A DNA stretch of 64,000 bases, from the NCBI RefSeq assembly GCF_963921235.1, contig NC_086109.1:22322001-22386000 (forward strand), written 5' to 3'. This document shows, in pieces, positions 1-12,740 of the stretch. How positions within the stretch are numbered: the stretch's first letter is position 1; the number at the start of each line of letters is the position of its first letter. The position numbers were made by a program, and so were the translations under genes. A model generated the notes under the pieces. It saw only the letters and a program-made list of their open reading frames with translations. It did no database searches and was not told the DNA's origin. Source of the stretch: Mobula hypostoma. Taxonomy: Eukaryota.

Positions 1-659
1 TCCACAGGACGCTCAAAACAACTGTGCAGGTTGACTCTGTGGTTAAGAAGGCATACGGTATATTGGCCTTCATCAATCATGGAATTGAAATTAGGAGCCG
101 AGGGGTAATGTTGCAGCTATATAGGACCACTTGGGAGTACTGTGCTCAGTTCTGGTCACCTCACTACAGGAAAGATGTGAAAGCCATAGAAAGGGTGCAA
201 ATGAGATTTACAAAAATGTTGCCTGGATTGGGGAGCATGCCTTATTAAAACAGGTTGAGTGAACTTGGCCTTTTCTCCTTGGAGCGACAGAGGATGAGAC
301 CTGATAGAGGTGTATAAGATGATGAGAGGCATTGATCGTGTGGATAGTCAGAGGCTTTTTCCCAGGGTTGAAATGGTTGACACAAGAGGACACAGGTTTA
401 AGGTGCTGGGGAGTAGATACAGAGGAGATGTCAGGGGTAAGTTTTTTTCACTCAGAGAGTGGTGAGTGGAGTGGGCTGCCGGCAATGGTGGTGGAGGCGG
501 ATACGATAGTGTCTTTTAAGAGACTTTTGGATAGGTACATTGAGCTTAGAAGAATAGAAGGCTATAGATAAGCCTAGTAATTTCTAAGGTAAGGACATGT
601 TCGGCACAACTTTGTGGGCTGAAGGACCTGTATTGTGCTGTAGGTTTTCTATGTTTCTA
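1..659 (+). mobile_element. CR1-type LINE 3' end (decayed ORF2 C-terminus + tail)
   Basis: Encodes KKAYGILAFI..EYCAQFWSPHYRKDVKAIERVQ..FTKMLPGL with frameshifts; tail GTTTTCTATGTTTCTA. Confidence 0.9.
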
Positions 660-747
660 GTTGAGAAATATGTTACCCGTGGTAAACTCCCTCACCTAAT
701 AACTCACCCCACCTCTACATACTTATCACTGAGCGTCACTTTATGTA

Positions 748-3024
748 CAGTTGCAAGAGAAAGCTTGTGATTCCTTTGCAATTCCCTGTTTTGCTGCATT
801 AATTACTCATAAAATGTGGCCTGATCTTCATCTACATCACAATAATAGATAAACACAATCTGCCTAAACTAATGACACTTCTCCTCGTCAATACTAAGCA
901 CACCATTTAAATAATTGCAGTCTAGGTTGAAAAAAGTATGTGAACCTCTGGGATAATGCCTTCCACAAAAGCTATTTGGAGTCATGTGTTCCAATCAGTA
1001 AGGTGAGATTGGAGGTGTGGGTTGTAGAAGTGCTCTGTCCTATAAAAAACACATGAAGTCAGGTTACTGACAGAGCCTGTTCTTCTCAAGAAAGATCTGT
1101 TTACGTGCATCATGCCTCAATCAAAACAACTTTTAGAGGATCTTAGAAGAATTGCAGAAATGCATGAAGCTGGAAAAGTCGACAAAAGCATTTCTAAAAA
1201 CCAAAGTATTCATCAGTCCACAGCAAGAGATATTGTCTAGAAATGGAGGAAATTCTGTACTGTTGCTACTCTCTCTTTGAATGGGCATCCTGCAAAGATC
1301 ACATCAACAATAACAACATGCAATGCTGAACGAAGTGAAAAAAAACCCAAGGGTAACAGCAAGACTCCTGCAGAAATTTCTAAAACTTGCTAAAGTCTCT
1401 GTTCATGTGTCCACTAGAAAAAAAAACACTGAACAAGAATGGTACTCATGGAAGGACACCACAGAGGAAACCACTGCTCTCTAAAATAAAACATTGCTAC
1501 ATGTCTCAAGTTTGCAAAAGACCACCTGGATATTCCACAATGCTCCTAGGACAACATTCTGAGAAAAGATAAGACAAAAGTTGAACTTCCTCGCAGAAAT
1601 GCACACTGATATGCTCGGAGAGGAAAGGGCAGTGCACAGCAACACCAAAACCTCATCTCAACTGTGAAGCACGGTGGAAGGAGCATCATGGTATTGGGCT
1701 GCTTTGCTGCCTCAGAACTCGGAGAACTTGCAATTATTGAGGAACAATAAATTCAAAATTGTATCAAGACATTTTACAGGAGAATGTCAGGGTAGTGGTC
1801 CACCATCTGAAGTTGGATGATGCAACAAGACAATGAACTAAAATACAAAGAGTAAATCAACAACAGATGGATTAAAAAGAAGAAAATTTGTGTCTTGGAA
1901 TGGCCAAGTCAGACTCCAGACATTATGCCGGCCAGTTTAGTGAACAGAGCGGCGGACACTCCTGCCGAAATCTGAAGGAAAACACAGAGGATGCAAAGGG
2001 GGATCACAAAGGTGAGGAAAGAGGACCGGGTCGAGACAATAGAGACTTATGGAGAAGAGCAGTTCAGTGGGTAATAAAATGGACTAGTTGACGGCGCTAG
2101 CCGGGAGTCAGAGAACATTTCGGGAGAGCAGTGTTATGTGTTTTACTGAAACGTGGCTGCACGAGGACATACCCAACCAAAACTTTCCCATGGAGGGCTT
2201 CCAGACCGTTTGGGCTGACCGGAAGTGCACTGAGAGCGGTAAGTGTAGAGGAGTTAGGGGCTTGCTGTTCTGGTTAACAACGGATGGCGATCCTAATCAT
2301 ATTATGATCGAGGAACGTGTTTGTAGCCCGGATATTGAACTTTTTGCTGTTGGACTCTGGCTATATTCCACCGAGATACAACACTGGGCGTTCCCGCCTG
2401 TGGACAGTGAACTTTGCAGCTCCTTGCGTGGAAGGTCAGACACCCTGAGCCAATAGGCTGGTCCTGGACTTATTTCCATCTGGCATAGTTTGCATATTGT
2501 TGTTTGATTGTTTGTGGGTTTTGTATTGTCATATTTATGCTCTATTCTTGGTTGGTGCAGCTGTAACAAAACCCAATTTCCCTCAGGATCAATAAAGTAT
2601 GTCTATCTATCTATCTATTTAACCCAATCGAGTTGCTGTGGCATGACCTGAAGAGGGTTGTTCATGTAAGGTATCCCTGAAATATTGATGAACTGAAACA
2701 CTTTTGTACGGAGGAATGGTCTAAAATTCGTCCCTGCTGTTGGGCAAATCTGATCAGCAGCTATAGGAAATGTTTGGAGGCTATTGCTGCTAAAGGTTAT
2801 ACCAGTTACTAAATACAAGGATTCACATACTTTTACCAGCCTAGACTGTGAATGATTAAACAATGAGTTCAATAAAGATATGAAAGGTACACAAACAATT
2901 ATGTTTAGCCAGATTGTGTTTGTCTATTATTGTGGCTTCGATGAAGATCAGAGCACATTTTATGAGTAATTAATGCAGAAAACCAGGTAATTGCAAAGGA
3001 TTCACAAATTTTTTGGTGCAACTG
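748..3024 (+). mobile_element. Tc1/mariner transposon, IR/DR type, decayed, interrupted by a LINE-derived insert
   Basis: TA|CAGTTGCA...TGCAACTG|TA ends. About 200-bp terminal inverted repeats (TIRs; 748-~947 vs ~2819-3024). Transposase remnants MPQSKQLLEDLR (~1112), TVKHGGRSIM, QQDN, and EWPSQTPD..NPIELLWHDLKR. Confidence 0.92.
1922..2617 (+). mobile_element. Internally deleted Rex1/Babar-like LINE inside the Tc1 transposase
   Basis: APE endonuclease motif SVMCFTETWLHEDIP joined almost directly to a 3' end AATTTCCCTCAGGATCAATAAAGTATGT(CTAT)n. The 3' end resembles that of the element ending at 40319. Confidence 0.78.
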
Positions 3025-3899
3025 TATATAAAGTCAGACTATATAACAGTTCCTTGTACATTGTGCTTTATAAAACTATTGCTTTTATATTTATTTTGTT
3101 TTTTTTATTGTGTTCTTACATTTATTGTGTTTTTTATGCTGCATTGGATCTGGAGTAAATCATTTCGCTCCTTTATACTCGTGTTCTGAAGAATGACAAT
3201 ACAGAATCTTGAATCTATTGCACTTTGTGACTGCCTTGTTTTACACATTATCACAGTGAGACACTGAAAAACGCATTTCGTTTGATATAATTCACCTTTC
3301 ACTGTTATAATACGGTGAAAGGCTCCATATAAATACAAAGTCTTTATCAGTGGGTCACAGCTTCAGTTAAATGGATAGTCCCTTTTAATCAATGCTAGAT
3401 GACGTGGTCCTTGAACTCTACTACTCAACAGATTATCACTAAATAGACATGGCCTTTCAGTCAGGCTGAATAATGCATGATGGCCAAAACATTATTAATG
3501 GTCATTAAAACAGCAAATACTAAGTTGGCAGAGTCTTGGAACAGATGTTTTCATGTCATATTCTCAGACCATTATATTCCCTCCTGCAAACTGAGGCAAA
3601 CTTTACTGCCAACATGAGACAGCATGTCTATAAGTACAGAAAACATAGCCTCAGGATCTCTGGTGAGGTGATGGCTCATGTGAATGGAATGGTCTCACAG
3701 GGGCCAACCAAAGGTGCTTTTTACTTTGTAAGATCTGCTTTTTATGGTCCAATGACAATTCTCCTCCAAGAACATTGGGTACTGCAGGGCTATTCCATCA
3801 GTGAGGTGCTCGTTGATCGGAGTAGCTAGACTGGTGTCAGTGGCAGAGTCAGCTGACGTGTCAATGGGGTCAGCCCGGATGTCAGAAGAACTGGTCTGG

Positions 3900-4490
3900 G
3901 TTCAGAGCAGCTGACCTGGCTGCAGACCTTGTTGATGCCTGCTACTCAAAAGCATCAGAGTTGGTGCAGTATAACCGTGGGAGATTGTCTCCGACATTTT
4001 ACTTGTGATCGCAAGACTTTGTTGGACAGTGATAACGTAAGTTGCCGCAGGCCTGTTACCCTTGTCTGGTGAAGGACAGTCAGCATGGGAGTTGTGTTGC
4101 CTTAGTTGTAGCGAGAACTAGGCCTCAAGCCTTGGGCTTGCCTGCTGTTGCAGACCAGGTGAGAGACATGGAAGCGCTACAGCATGGTTCAGTGCAGCTG
4201 GAATCTGGCCTTGCCTGTCGGTGCTGCCCTCCTTTATTCGGGAGGTGGAATGACAGGCTGGATTGCATGCATCTGTACGCTGCCGGGAGGCTATCATCAA
4301 TTGCTGGACATTGTTGCTGAGGGTCTAGGACTATGTATGTTTTTTTCAGTGAATATGCTTCTTTGTTCTATATTTTGATTTATGTTACTTGCTATTTTGA
4401 ATGTTTTGCAACTTAGCCACAGAGGAACGCTCTCATTCAGCTGTGTCTATAAATGGTTTGAATGACAATTAAACTTGATTTGATTTGATC
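3900..4490 (+). repeat. Non-coding interspersed repeat with a Rex1-like tail (copy 1)
   Basis: Homologous, in inverted orientation, to 40975-41620 (e.g. TTGTAGCGAGAACTAGGCCTCAAGCCTTGGGCTTGCCTGCTG). Ends ATGACAATTAAACTTGATTTGA. Confidence 0.7.
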
Positions 4491-4549
4491 TGAAATTAAA
4501 CTATGCTTTGAAAATACAGTCACGGTTGAAGACCTAACTGATGGTGGGA

Positions 4550-4900
4550 GCTCCTGCAACATTTTGTCTGTGTTACTCTGGATTTCCAGTATCTGCAGAA
4601 TCTCTTGTGTTCATGATTTGCTGAAGTGTCATTGAGGTTTAAATCTTCCCTTTGACACAAGGTCAGTGAGACCCTTGGTCACTGGTCACTGCTCCCTGCT
4701 CCCCCTCTGATCTCTGCTGCTCTCCAACTCTTCCAACTTGCACTCCTTCCCAATACCCCCGCCCCCCACCTTCTTATTCTGGCTTCTTCTCCTTTCCTTT
4801 CCCGTTGTGAAGATAGGTCTTGGCCTGAAACATTGACTGCTTACTCCTTTCCATAGATCCTGCCTGAACGGCTGAGTTTCTCCAGCATTTTGTAGTTGTT
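4550..4900 (+). repeat. Penelope terminal-repeat fragments with a degenerate hammerhead
   Basis: GTGAAGATAGGTCTTGGCCTGAAACATTGAC followed by CCATAGATCCTGCCTGAACGGCTGAGTTTCTCCAGCATTTTG, the same family as 45077-45211 and 47047-47148. Confidence 0.7.
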
Positions 4901-5211
4901 ACAACAACATGATAAAGACCAGATATCTGTTTCAATGACCTTTATCAGGATTGCTGAAGACAACCCTGTTACAACGGAGGCAGTGGGATCTATTATGACC
5001 ACAATAAAAAGCAAATTTCCTCTGAAAGGCAGCAACTCAGAGTGGTAATGTCACCTTAGACAATGGCCTCATGTTTCTGAAAAGGGACATGAATTGATAA
5101 TTTTCTGACACAGAGTTAAGTATTATGTCAGAAGAGTATACAATTCTACAGCATAATAAGAGTACTATATATATCCATTATTTCCAATTAATCCCTAGTC
5201 TGTGAACTTAC

Positions 5212-5349
5212 TTTCAAAAATGGAGATTCTTCCAACATATCAAGAAACTCTGGGAAGTAATCTCCAACCTCTTCATCCACTGCTCCCACCAAGCTGATCT
5301 GTCTCATTGGGCCCGCTCTGTATGTGCCACAACAGTAAGTCCGTGAAAC
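5212..5349 (-). CDS. RSBN1: RSBN1 coding exon 3 (not in ORF track)
   Basis: Manual translation of the reverse complement: acceptor TTCTTTCTGTCTACCAAACAG|, 138 nt = VSRTYCCGTYRAGPMRQISLVGAVDEEVGDYFPEFLDMLEESPFLK, donor AAA|GTAAGT. Phase 0 on both sides; it continues exon 2 in frame. Confidence 0.96.
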
Positions 5350-5714
5350 CTGTTTGGTAGACAGAAAGAAGTTCAGTTAGCAGTTCATTGGAATAAAGTG
5401 CAATTACTCACAGATGAAAGCTACTCAGTAAAATATTCAATTTATTCAATATTCAATCTGGATAGGAATTTCTCCCTTCACACATTTAATTCAGTCACTT
5501 TGTACAAATGGTTAATTTGTCCATTGTGCCTGTGTCAGCTTTCTAAACCCTTCCCCATTAGTTCCACACTCTCCTTTTTCCCATAGCTTTGCAGATTTTT
5601 CCTTTTTGAGTATATGACCAATAGCTCTGGAAGTTAATTTTTAAAACCTGTTTCCATCACTCTTTTTGGCAAATTTCTCTGTACAGTATTAAAAAGACCT
5701 GCAATGCTTGTTTT

Positions 5715-5991
5715 GGGTGGCATGGTAACATCGTGGTTAAAATAATGCTATCACAGTGCCAGCAATTAGCAACTGGGGTTCAATTCCTGTCACTGTCTAT
5801 AAGGCATCTGTACATTCTCCCCATGACCCTGTGAATTCCTTCCTGTTTCCTCCCACATCCTAAAGAGGTATGGGTTAATAAATTGTGGGCATGCTGAAAG
5901 AGCAGCATACTCGGATTGGGTTGGTCGTTGTCACAAATGAAGCATTTCACTGGATGTTTCAATGTACATGTGAGAAATAAAGCTAATCTTT
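5715..5991 (+). mobile_element. tRNA-derived V-SINE-like element
   Basis: A-box-like GGCATGGTAACATCGTGG, B-box GGTTCAATTCC, V-domain-like TTCTCCCCATGACC..TTTCCTCCCACATCC, tail AATAAAGCTAATCT. Confidence 0.75.
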
Positions 5992-7153
5992 GTAACCAGG
6001 CGCATTATATAAAGCATAAAAGTACAAAAGCAATGGAAGCCAAAGTGATGGTTGCTAAGGAGGCATTAAATTCATCCCCTCAAGTTGTTTCTGTCTTGAT
6101 AGGGAATTGTGTTTGCCAACTCAAAAAGCTTTCTTCAGTGCAGTGTTGGATTATAATCTATACAGTGCAAAAGCAACAAACTAATCATGTGCAGTTTTAC
6201 ACTTTACTAATATACCTGCAACAGCATCTGTTTTGTAAAATAAAGTTTAATTTTTCATCAACTTAACTTTTGCCTCAGCCTAGCTTGATAATAAATCAGG
6301 GAAACACACAATCTCATACACCCTCTTTCAGTTACCTTAAACTTGAAATGAAATTAAACTGAAGCAGATTAATCCCATTTAAATGACTGGCTGCTCACCA
6401 AAAACAGAATTTAGATGCACTTTACTCAATTCACTTGGAGGATCCAGGCATCAATGGTGAGACCAGTATTTATGGACCATTTTTAATCGCCTGTTGACTT
6501 GATCGGTCATTCTAAAGGACAATGTTCTTCTCGCAAGACTGTTAGTGAACCCAATGGATTTTTTAATGATCCACTGTGTCATTACATAATCATCATTAAT
6601 TAACTTGTTATTTCAGAATTATTTAATTAACTATATTTAAATTGTGGTTGTGAAGTTTGAACTGATTCCTGGACACCAAAGTCCAAGCTTCTGTATAACT
6701 ATACTGCAGCATCGCAGGTTGTTAACCATAACAGCTGGTGACTATGGTAAATAGAATTATGATCTATGCCTATTTTGCTGCCACAATTCTGACTTAAAAA
6801 TCAGGTCCCAACCTCGTGCTTGAACAATGCAGGGATTATCCTCCAGATCTGCAAAAGTAATTTCCTCGTAGTGACTCCCAGATGAGGCAGCAGCAACTCT
6901 CACCCATAAAATTGACTGGACCATGTCCCTAACCTTGTTTTGAATGCCATGTATTTCATTTTATCATTTTGAAAAGGTGGTCACCCTAATGGTCAAGTAC
7001 TATTTTGAAGAACATTAATTCTATAGCAAGAACTGTTGACTAGTGATGTTTTATAGTACACAGTACAAGGCAGGAGAGTTTAAAGGACTGCCTGAACTCT
7101 GCAGCTGCAACCACAAAAGCAACTATCTGAGGCTGCAAGGCCAGAGATTAATA

Positions 7154-7307
7154 TAGGTCGACCTTCACTAATCTGACTACCAGTAATCCGGTTTCTTCGA
7201 TAGACCGGCACTGATTATGCTTAATGTGATCCTTCTGTAATTCAGCATTATCACTAATCCGGCACTCCTCAGGTCCCAATGGTGCCGGATTAGTGAAGGT
7301 CAACCTG
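7154..7307. mobile_element. 154-bp MITE (Tc1/mariner-pogo/Tigger-like)
   Basis: TIRs TAGGTCGACCTTCACTAATC / GATTAGTGAAGGTCAACCTG with TA on both flanks; internal TAATCCGG-type subrepeats. Confidence 0.8.
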
Positions 7308-7454
7308 TATTAAATATAGTTAATATCTCATACAAGGTCCTCGATTAGATAGTTAATGCAATTTCTTCCAGCGACATTTCCTGCAGAGTATAATTTGGAC
7401 CAACCCAACTCTCCACTTTGGGTTAAATGAATAACATCTCTCAAGGCACACACA

Positions 7455-7830
7455 GAGAAACAACAAAAGGCCCTTTGTCCCATCTAGTCCATGCCAGCCT
7501 GATCTTCTGCCTCGTCCCATCTACTTGCACTCAGACCATATCCCTCCAAACACCTCCCATCCATGTACCTATCCAAGCTTCTCTTAAATGTCACAATTAA
7601 ACTTGCATCTACCAGTTGCACTGGCAGCTCATTCCTCACTCACGTCACCCTTTGAATGAAGTTTCCCTTTTGATTCCCCTTAAATATTTGACCTTTCACC
7701 CTAAACCAATGACCTCTTGTTTTAGTCTCACCCAACCTGAGGGGGGAAAAAAAGCTTGCATGCATTCAGCTCATCTTAACCCCTCAATTTTGTCGACCTC
7801 TGCAAAATCTCCTTCTCATTTTCCTGTGTT
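7455..7830 (-). mobile_element. CR1 LINE 3' fragment
   Basis: Reverse-complement CR1 3' UTR/ORF2 end (CATCCATGTACCTATCCAAG..TTCACCCTAAACCAATGACCTCTTG). Confidence 0.7.
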
Positions 7831-9394
7831 CTTAAGAAGTCAGTTTTCTTCAAGGTTATGGACTGCAAGGTTCATGTGGGAAAGTGGAGCTGAGGTTGAG
7901 GACAACAAATACATGTGGATGGTGGGGCCTTTTATTTTATTCATTCACTGGATGGAGACATTGCTGGGCACATCAGCATTTTCTGTCCCTAATGGTCCTT
8001 CAACTGAAGTGGTAGATCACATTTTGTGGGTCTAGAGTCATGTTTAGGCCAGACTCGTTAAGAAATGCATAGTTCCTTCCCAGAAGGATATCAGTGAAAT
8101 TAGTAAGTTTTTAATGACAATCCTGTGGTTTCCTACCACTGTTTCTAATTCTTATGATGTGATCACAGAAACAGCTGCGCTATACCCACAAACATTTCAA
8201 TCCTCTCATGTTGCTCAGCCATAAAGTTCCTTTAGAACTGCCAGAGATTACCAGCCTGTGTTATTCATCAACATGATTACTGAAAGCCTCAGCTTGCAAA
8301 CAATTTTTTAACATTTTTTTAATATACAAAAATATAGAGAAAGGTGTTTTCATCACCTGGCAAATCAGGATATGAAGGAAAAAAATTTCCATTGACCCTC
8401 CATAGATTGTTACAAATAAAAAAGACTCTTCCTGGAATCAAATTATATGTTAGCAATCTACTTCAGCATTTCCAATTTCCTATTACCTACCTCTCTGATA
8501 ACAATTCTAAAGGCAGTTGTTAATGTGCTTTCACTAGGGGGAGAGTGACGAACAAGGGGATACTGCCACAAAATAACCAGTCTATCACTTAAAACCATGG
8601 TGCATAGATTTTTTTCTTCCTTCAGAGGGCTTGTCGTCTGGAATTGACTACCTATATGTGAAAAATTAAGGAACTGAATTTATGGGGAACTGGCACAGAG
8701 GAGGAGTTGAGGCCATTGATCAGTCATAATCATACCGAATGGCAGGGTAGCTTGAGGGGGGCCGATGGCATGTTCAAGTTCAGCCTCAGCCAGAGGACAA
8801 ATAGGCCAGAGGAAGTAATTAGTTCTGTTGTGTTCCATTTTCTCCACAAGGTGGTGCTGTAGTCACATGCAGATTATTTGTGAACGTAATCTATTAAACA
8901 GTTTTAACAAAAAAGTTCAACAGAATTTCTAATTTAATCCTGAAACACCAGTTTAAATGTCCTCAAAGAACATTAACATTTCTGATTGCTTCACTGTAAA
9001 CCAGTAGCCCCCATCACAGATCTTCACTGCTTGACCCATATTTTGACACACTAATTTGTTTGATAATACTCCAGCAAGGCATCGTGGGATGCTTTTACAC
9101 CATGTTAAACCCACTATGAAAAATAGCAACTGAATAGCATAAACCCAAGATAGGAAGAGAACTAAAATAGAATAGGGTGTGTATTATTAAAGAGCAGGGA
9201 GGGGGAAATGCTGGCAAATGGGACTACCTTGGACAATAAATCAGAGAGAGCACAATGGATAAAATGGCTTCCATTTTGCTGCTTGTTCTGCTCTCACAAC
9301 AGAAACTCAAGAATAATCTATACTTATGTCTGAACTCCATGCTGCACTTCCATTGCAATATTTGAAATAAAATAAATCAAGATAAAACTCCAAT

Positions 9395-9895
9395 ATAATG
9401 TGTTCAATTCTGGTCATCACATTTTAGGAAGCTTTAGAGAGTGCAGAGGAGATTTACTCAGGTGCTGCCTGGATTAGGGAGTATATCTAATGAGGAAAAG
9501 TTGAGCAAGTTAGAGCTTTTTTCTTTGGAGCGAAGGAGAATGAGAGGCAATTTCAAAGAGGTATAAAGTAAGAGACATGGAGTGGACAACCAGTGATTTT
9601 TGCTCAGGGTGGAAATGGCTAGTACAAGGCGGCATAATTTTAAGGTGACTGGAAGAAGATATGGGGGATGTCAGAGGGTGTTTTTTGAAAAATATATACA
9701 CAGAGTGTGGTTGGTGCATGGAGCATCCTGTCAGGGGTGGTGGTAGAGGCAGATACATTAGAGATATTGAAGAGACTTTCCGATAGCATGTGGATGAAAG
9801 AAAGATAGAGGGTTGTATGGGAGGAATGGGTTAGATTGATTTTAGAGGAGGAAACAACAAAATGGGCTGAAGGGTCTGTATTGTTCCATGTTCTA
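9395..9895 (+). mobile_element. CR1 LINE 3' fragment
   Basis: TGTGTTCAATTCTGGTCATCACATTTTAGGAAG..., same family as 1-659; tail GTTCCATGTTCTA. Confidence 0.8.
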
Positions 9896-11356
9896 CAAGG
9901 CCATGAATTAATTAGGAAAGATTACATTACACACATCCAAGTAATGGGTTCTTGTGTCCTCAAGTACTGCCTGAAGAGCAAAGTCCTACCTTTGTCCTGT
10001 TTTTTGCTTGAATATTTGGTGGTATATGCTTAGTTTCAGAAGTTAAATAATTTAAATTTAGATGGCTGGCCCTACCTTTCTGAAATTGTTTGGGAGAGTG
10101 CCAGAATTTACAGTCCTACATGAACTTACCAGTATTGATAGCAGATCCTGTGAAGTATATTAGTATTTATATGTGCCTAGATTAAAGCAGAGACAAGTCT
10201 CCCCTTAAGTGTTGGGAGTATTCATAGGGAATACCTAGGAATGTTTAGCATTTATAGATGATCCGAAGAAGCTATCTTTAAGGAGAGGAGACTTTCTGAG
10301 AAGTGTCAATCTTACAGCTGGTTTTCAGTAAAGCACAGCCAAGGTATGTCAATAAACTAAAGCTGTAGCTGTTAAAGTTCAGACAACATGTGGGAACTCT
10401 CTCTGATATCGCTCATATTTGTAAATTTCAGCAGTAAGATTCAGCCTTGTTAAAAGGTAAAGCTTTCAAACTTCACCCACATGCAGTTCAGAGCTAGATT
10501 TCAGTGGTCTCTGAATCCAGTAACTAGCACTGCATAAATCTCAGATATAGCAGTTCATGAACTGGCAACAATCCACTCTGCTCAACCAAGCTGCAAACCG
10601 GTGATTGGTTGCAAACACACACACACCTCACACAGCAAACAATAATCAATAAACCCTTAACCTGCAGAAAGCTGCGGCCAGACAGCTATACAGTTGCCTT
10701 TCCCACCAGTACATGCAGTAGGCCACGTTTGATATCGTAACCTGCAAAGGGTGCCATCTGAAAGAAGTTTTCACTCAGTAGGCCATAGAAGAATACTGGA
10801 CAGGTTTGTTCTGCCTCAAGCTGTGTTCAACCTGCTATCAGAAAACTGATGTGCAGCCACACCCAGAAATTAACATTTGAAATGCAATTAATTTCACAGT
10901 ATTTGTATATTGCTGTTCAAATACTGCAGAGAATCAGATAAATTATAGCCACAGGGCAGTCCCTACAAGTCAGTACAAATCTCATAGCTCTTTTGGGAGG
11001 CTGAGAATATTTGGGAAGCTGCCAACTATAAAACTAGTCATGGTGCAGCTGAACTCTACCAGCCAGCTGGCCCAGGTGTAGTTGTTTACTGCAGATTCAT
11101 TTGTAATAGCTAACTTATTCAGTTAAAACAAGAGGTAGCTGTAACTCCAAGGGTTATAATGACATTATAAAATTTATATTCCCAAGATCAAACTGATAAA
11201 TTTTTAAAGAAGCTGATCAGTTGATGAAAGGAAGAATTGCTATGGATGGAGGAGTCTACAACACTAGGTCATAAACTTAACCCTATTTTAATTTAAGAAA
11301 AAATAAGAGCCCATATAAACACAGTGAAACCCTACAACATATGCAATTAATTTTAA

Positions 11357-11672
11357 TTCAAGTTCAAGTTCATTGGCATTTTAACTGTATGCATGTGTAC
11401 TGCAAAACAAAATGTTCCTTCAGACCGAGGTGCACAATACACCACATAGAACTCTCACAAAACAGATAAAGTAATAAATTAATAAATAATCAGGTGCATT
11501 TACTTCACAAGTTAAAAAGCAAACAGTATAATGCTACTGGCGCTTCATACGTGATGAGACTTAGGTGGTGGCAGGAAATTCAGTAGCCTCACAGCCTGGG
11601 GGAAGAAGCTGCTTCCCATCCTAACCGTCCTCGTGTTAATGCTACAGTACATCCTGCCCGATGGTAGGGCGA
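11357..11672 (-). mobile_element. Rex1/Babar LINE 3' fragment
   Basis: Reverse strand encodes LPSGRMYCSINTRTVRMGSSFFPQAVRLLN; tail appears as (TTCAAG)n on the plus strand. Confidence 0.75.
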
Positions 11673-12419
11673 CAGAGAAATTGATATAATTTTACTGCAC
11701 GAGTCTGACAGAAGAGCCAAGATGAATGAAATACAGATTAGCCACAATCTCACTGTTTAGTTACATATACTATTGTACCAAACACATCTAGGGTGTTGGG
11801 GAGAAAGCTGAGCTATGGCATTGAGATGGAGGATCAGCTATCAATGTACTGAATGGCACAGCAGGTTTGAAAAGCCAAAGAACTTGCTCCCTGCTCTTAT
11901 TTTTCCTGCTTTAGCTTTCACCACTATATACCACACACAGTACTTCCTTTATAATTCATGGTCCCATTTAGGTTGGATTCATCAAATATCTACTCGGCTC
12001 AAGTAGCTCTGAAATTTTTATGGGAGCACTGAATAAGTGCTTAAGGAAGGGTTTTTTTTGTTCAGTGAGCTCTTTTCTGTTGCTATTCGTTTTCAGTTTA
12101 ATCTAAGCATGTTGTATTGCAAGAGGCTTAACGTTCAGACAAGACGTTAAACTCCACATCAGAAATAAAAATTCCCTTGGCTTGGCAAGATTCAGATAGA
12201 GGCAGGGAACTTCAGCTATAGTCTTGGATCTCAATACATTTTGTAGTGACTTGCTGCGATACACAAATTAGCTGTCTTCTTTTTTACTTAACACAGTAAA
12301 GTAAAATTCCATGGTAATAAAGTAATATTCCATGGCTGCAATATGCTTTTGGGTATCATGAGAATGCAAAATTTGTCATAAAAATGCAGTCTGCTGCCTT
12401 CTCACTTGGAGCACAAGGT

Positions 12420-12740
12420 GATGGACAGTACTTCACTTTGGAATCTGAATGTCATGGGTTCAAGTCTCATTCTACAGACTGAGCAGAAAATCTAGTCTAA
12501 TAGATTACCAGGAAGTGAGACGTGCTAAACATTAGATACCAGGCATGGCATCTCATTGATGAGAAAAAACCCCATCTCCCCTCGAGATGGATCCAATAAG
12601 GCTTCATTTCATGACTTGAAAATGGTTCCTGTGTCCCTAGTCACTATCATTCCTCAATTAATATAACCAGGCAGCCTGGTTATTTATCTCATTGGTCCTT
12701 CTGGGACATTACAACATGCAAAACTGGTTGTTATGTGCTG
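12420..12740 (+). repeat. Old tRNA-derived SINE (DeuSINE/SacSINE-like); similar decayed copies near 26980-27320 (+) and 22800-22950, 33400-33530, 53400-53620 (-)
   Basis: B-box GGGTTCAAGTCTC followed by AGACTGAGCAGAAAATCTAGTCTAA..GATGAGA, resembling the Deu domain from memory; heavily diverged. Confidence 0.45.

Noticed and set aside
1..5211. RSBN1 exon 4 (expected ..LPWGTLSS..DDGPIMWVRPGEQ)
   Set aside because: Not found by eye on the minus strand; probably lies beyond the left edge of the window.
5715..5790. tRNA gene
   Set aside because: The A/B boxes run into a SINE body and tail, and no cloverleaf is evident.
10660..10760. Possible cassette exon on the minus strand
   Set aside because: Splice signals are weak, the translation resembles nothing in RSBN1, and exons 2 and 3 already join in frame.
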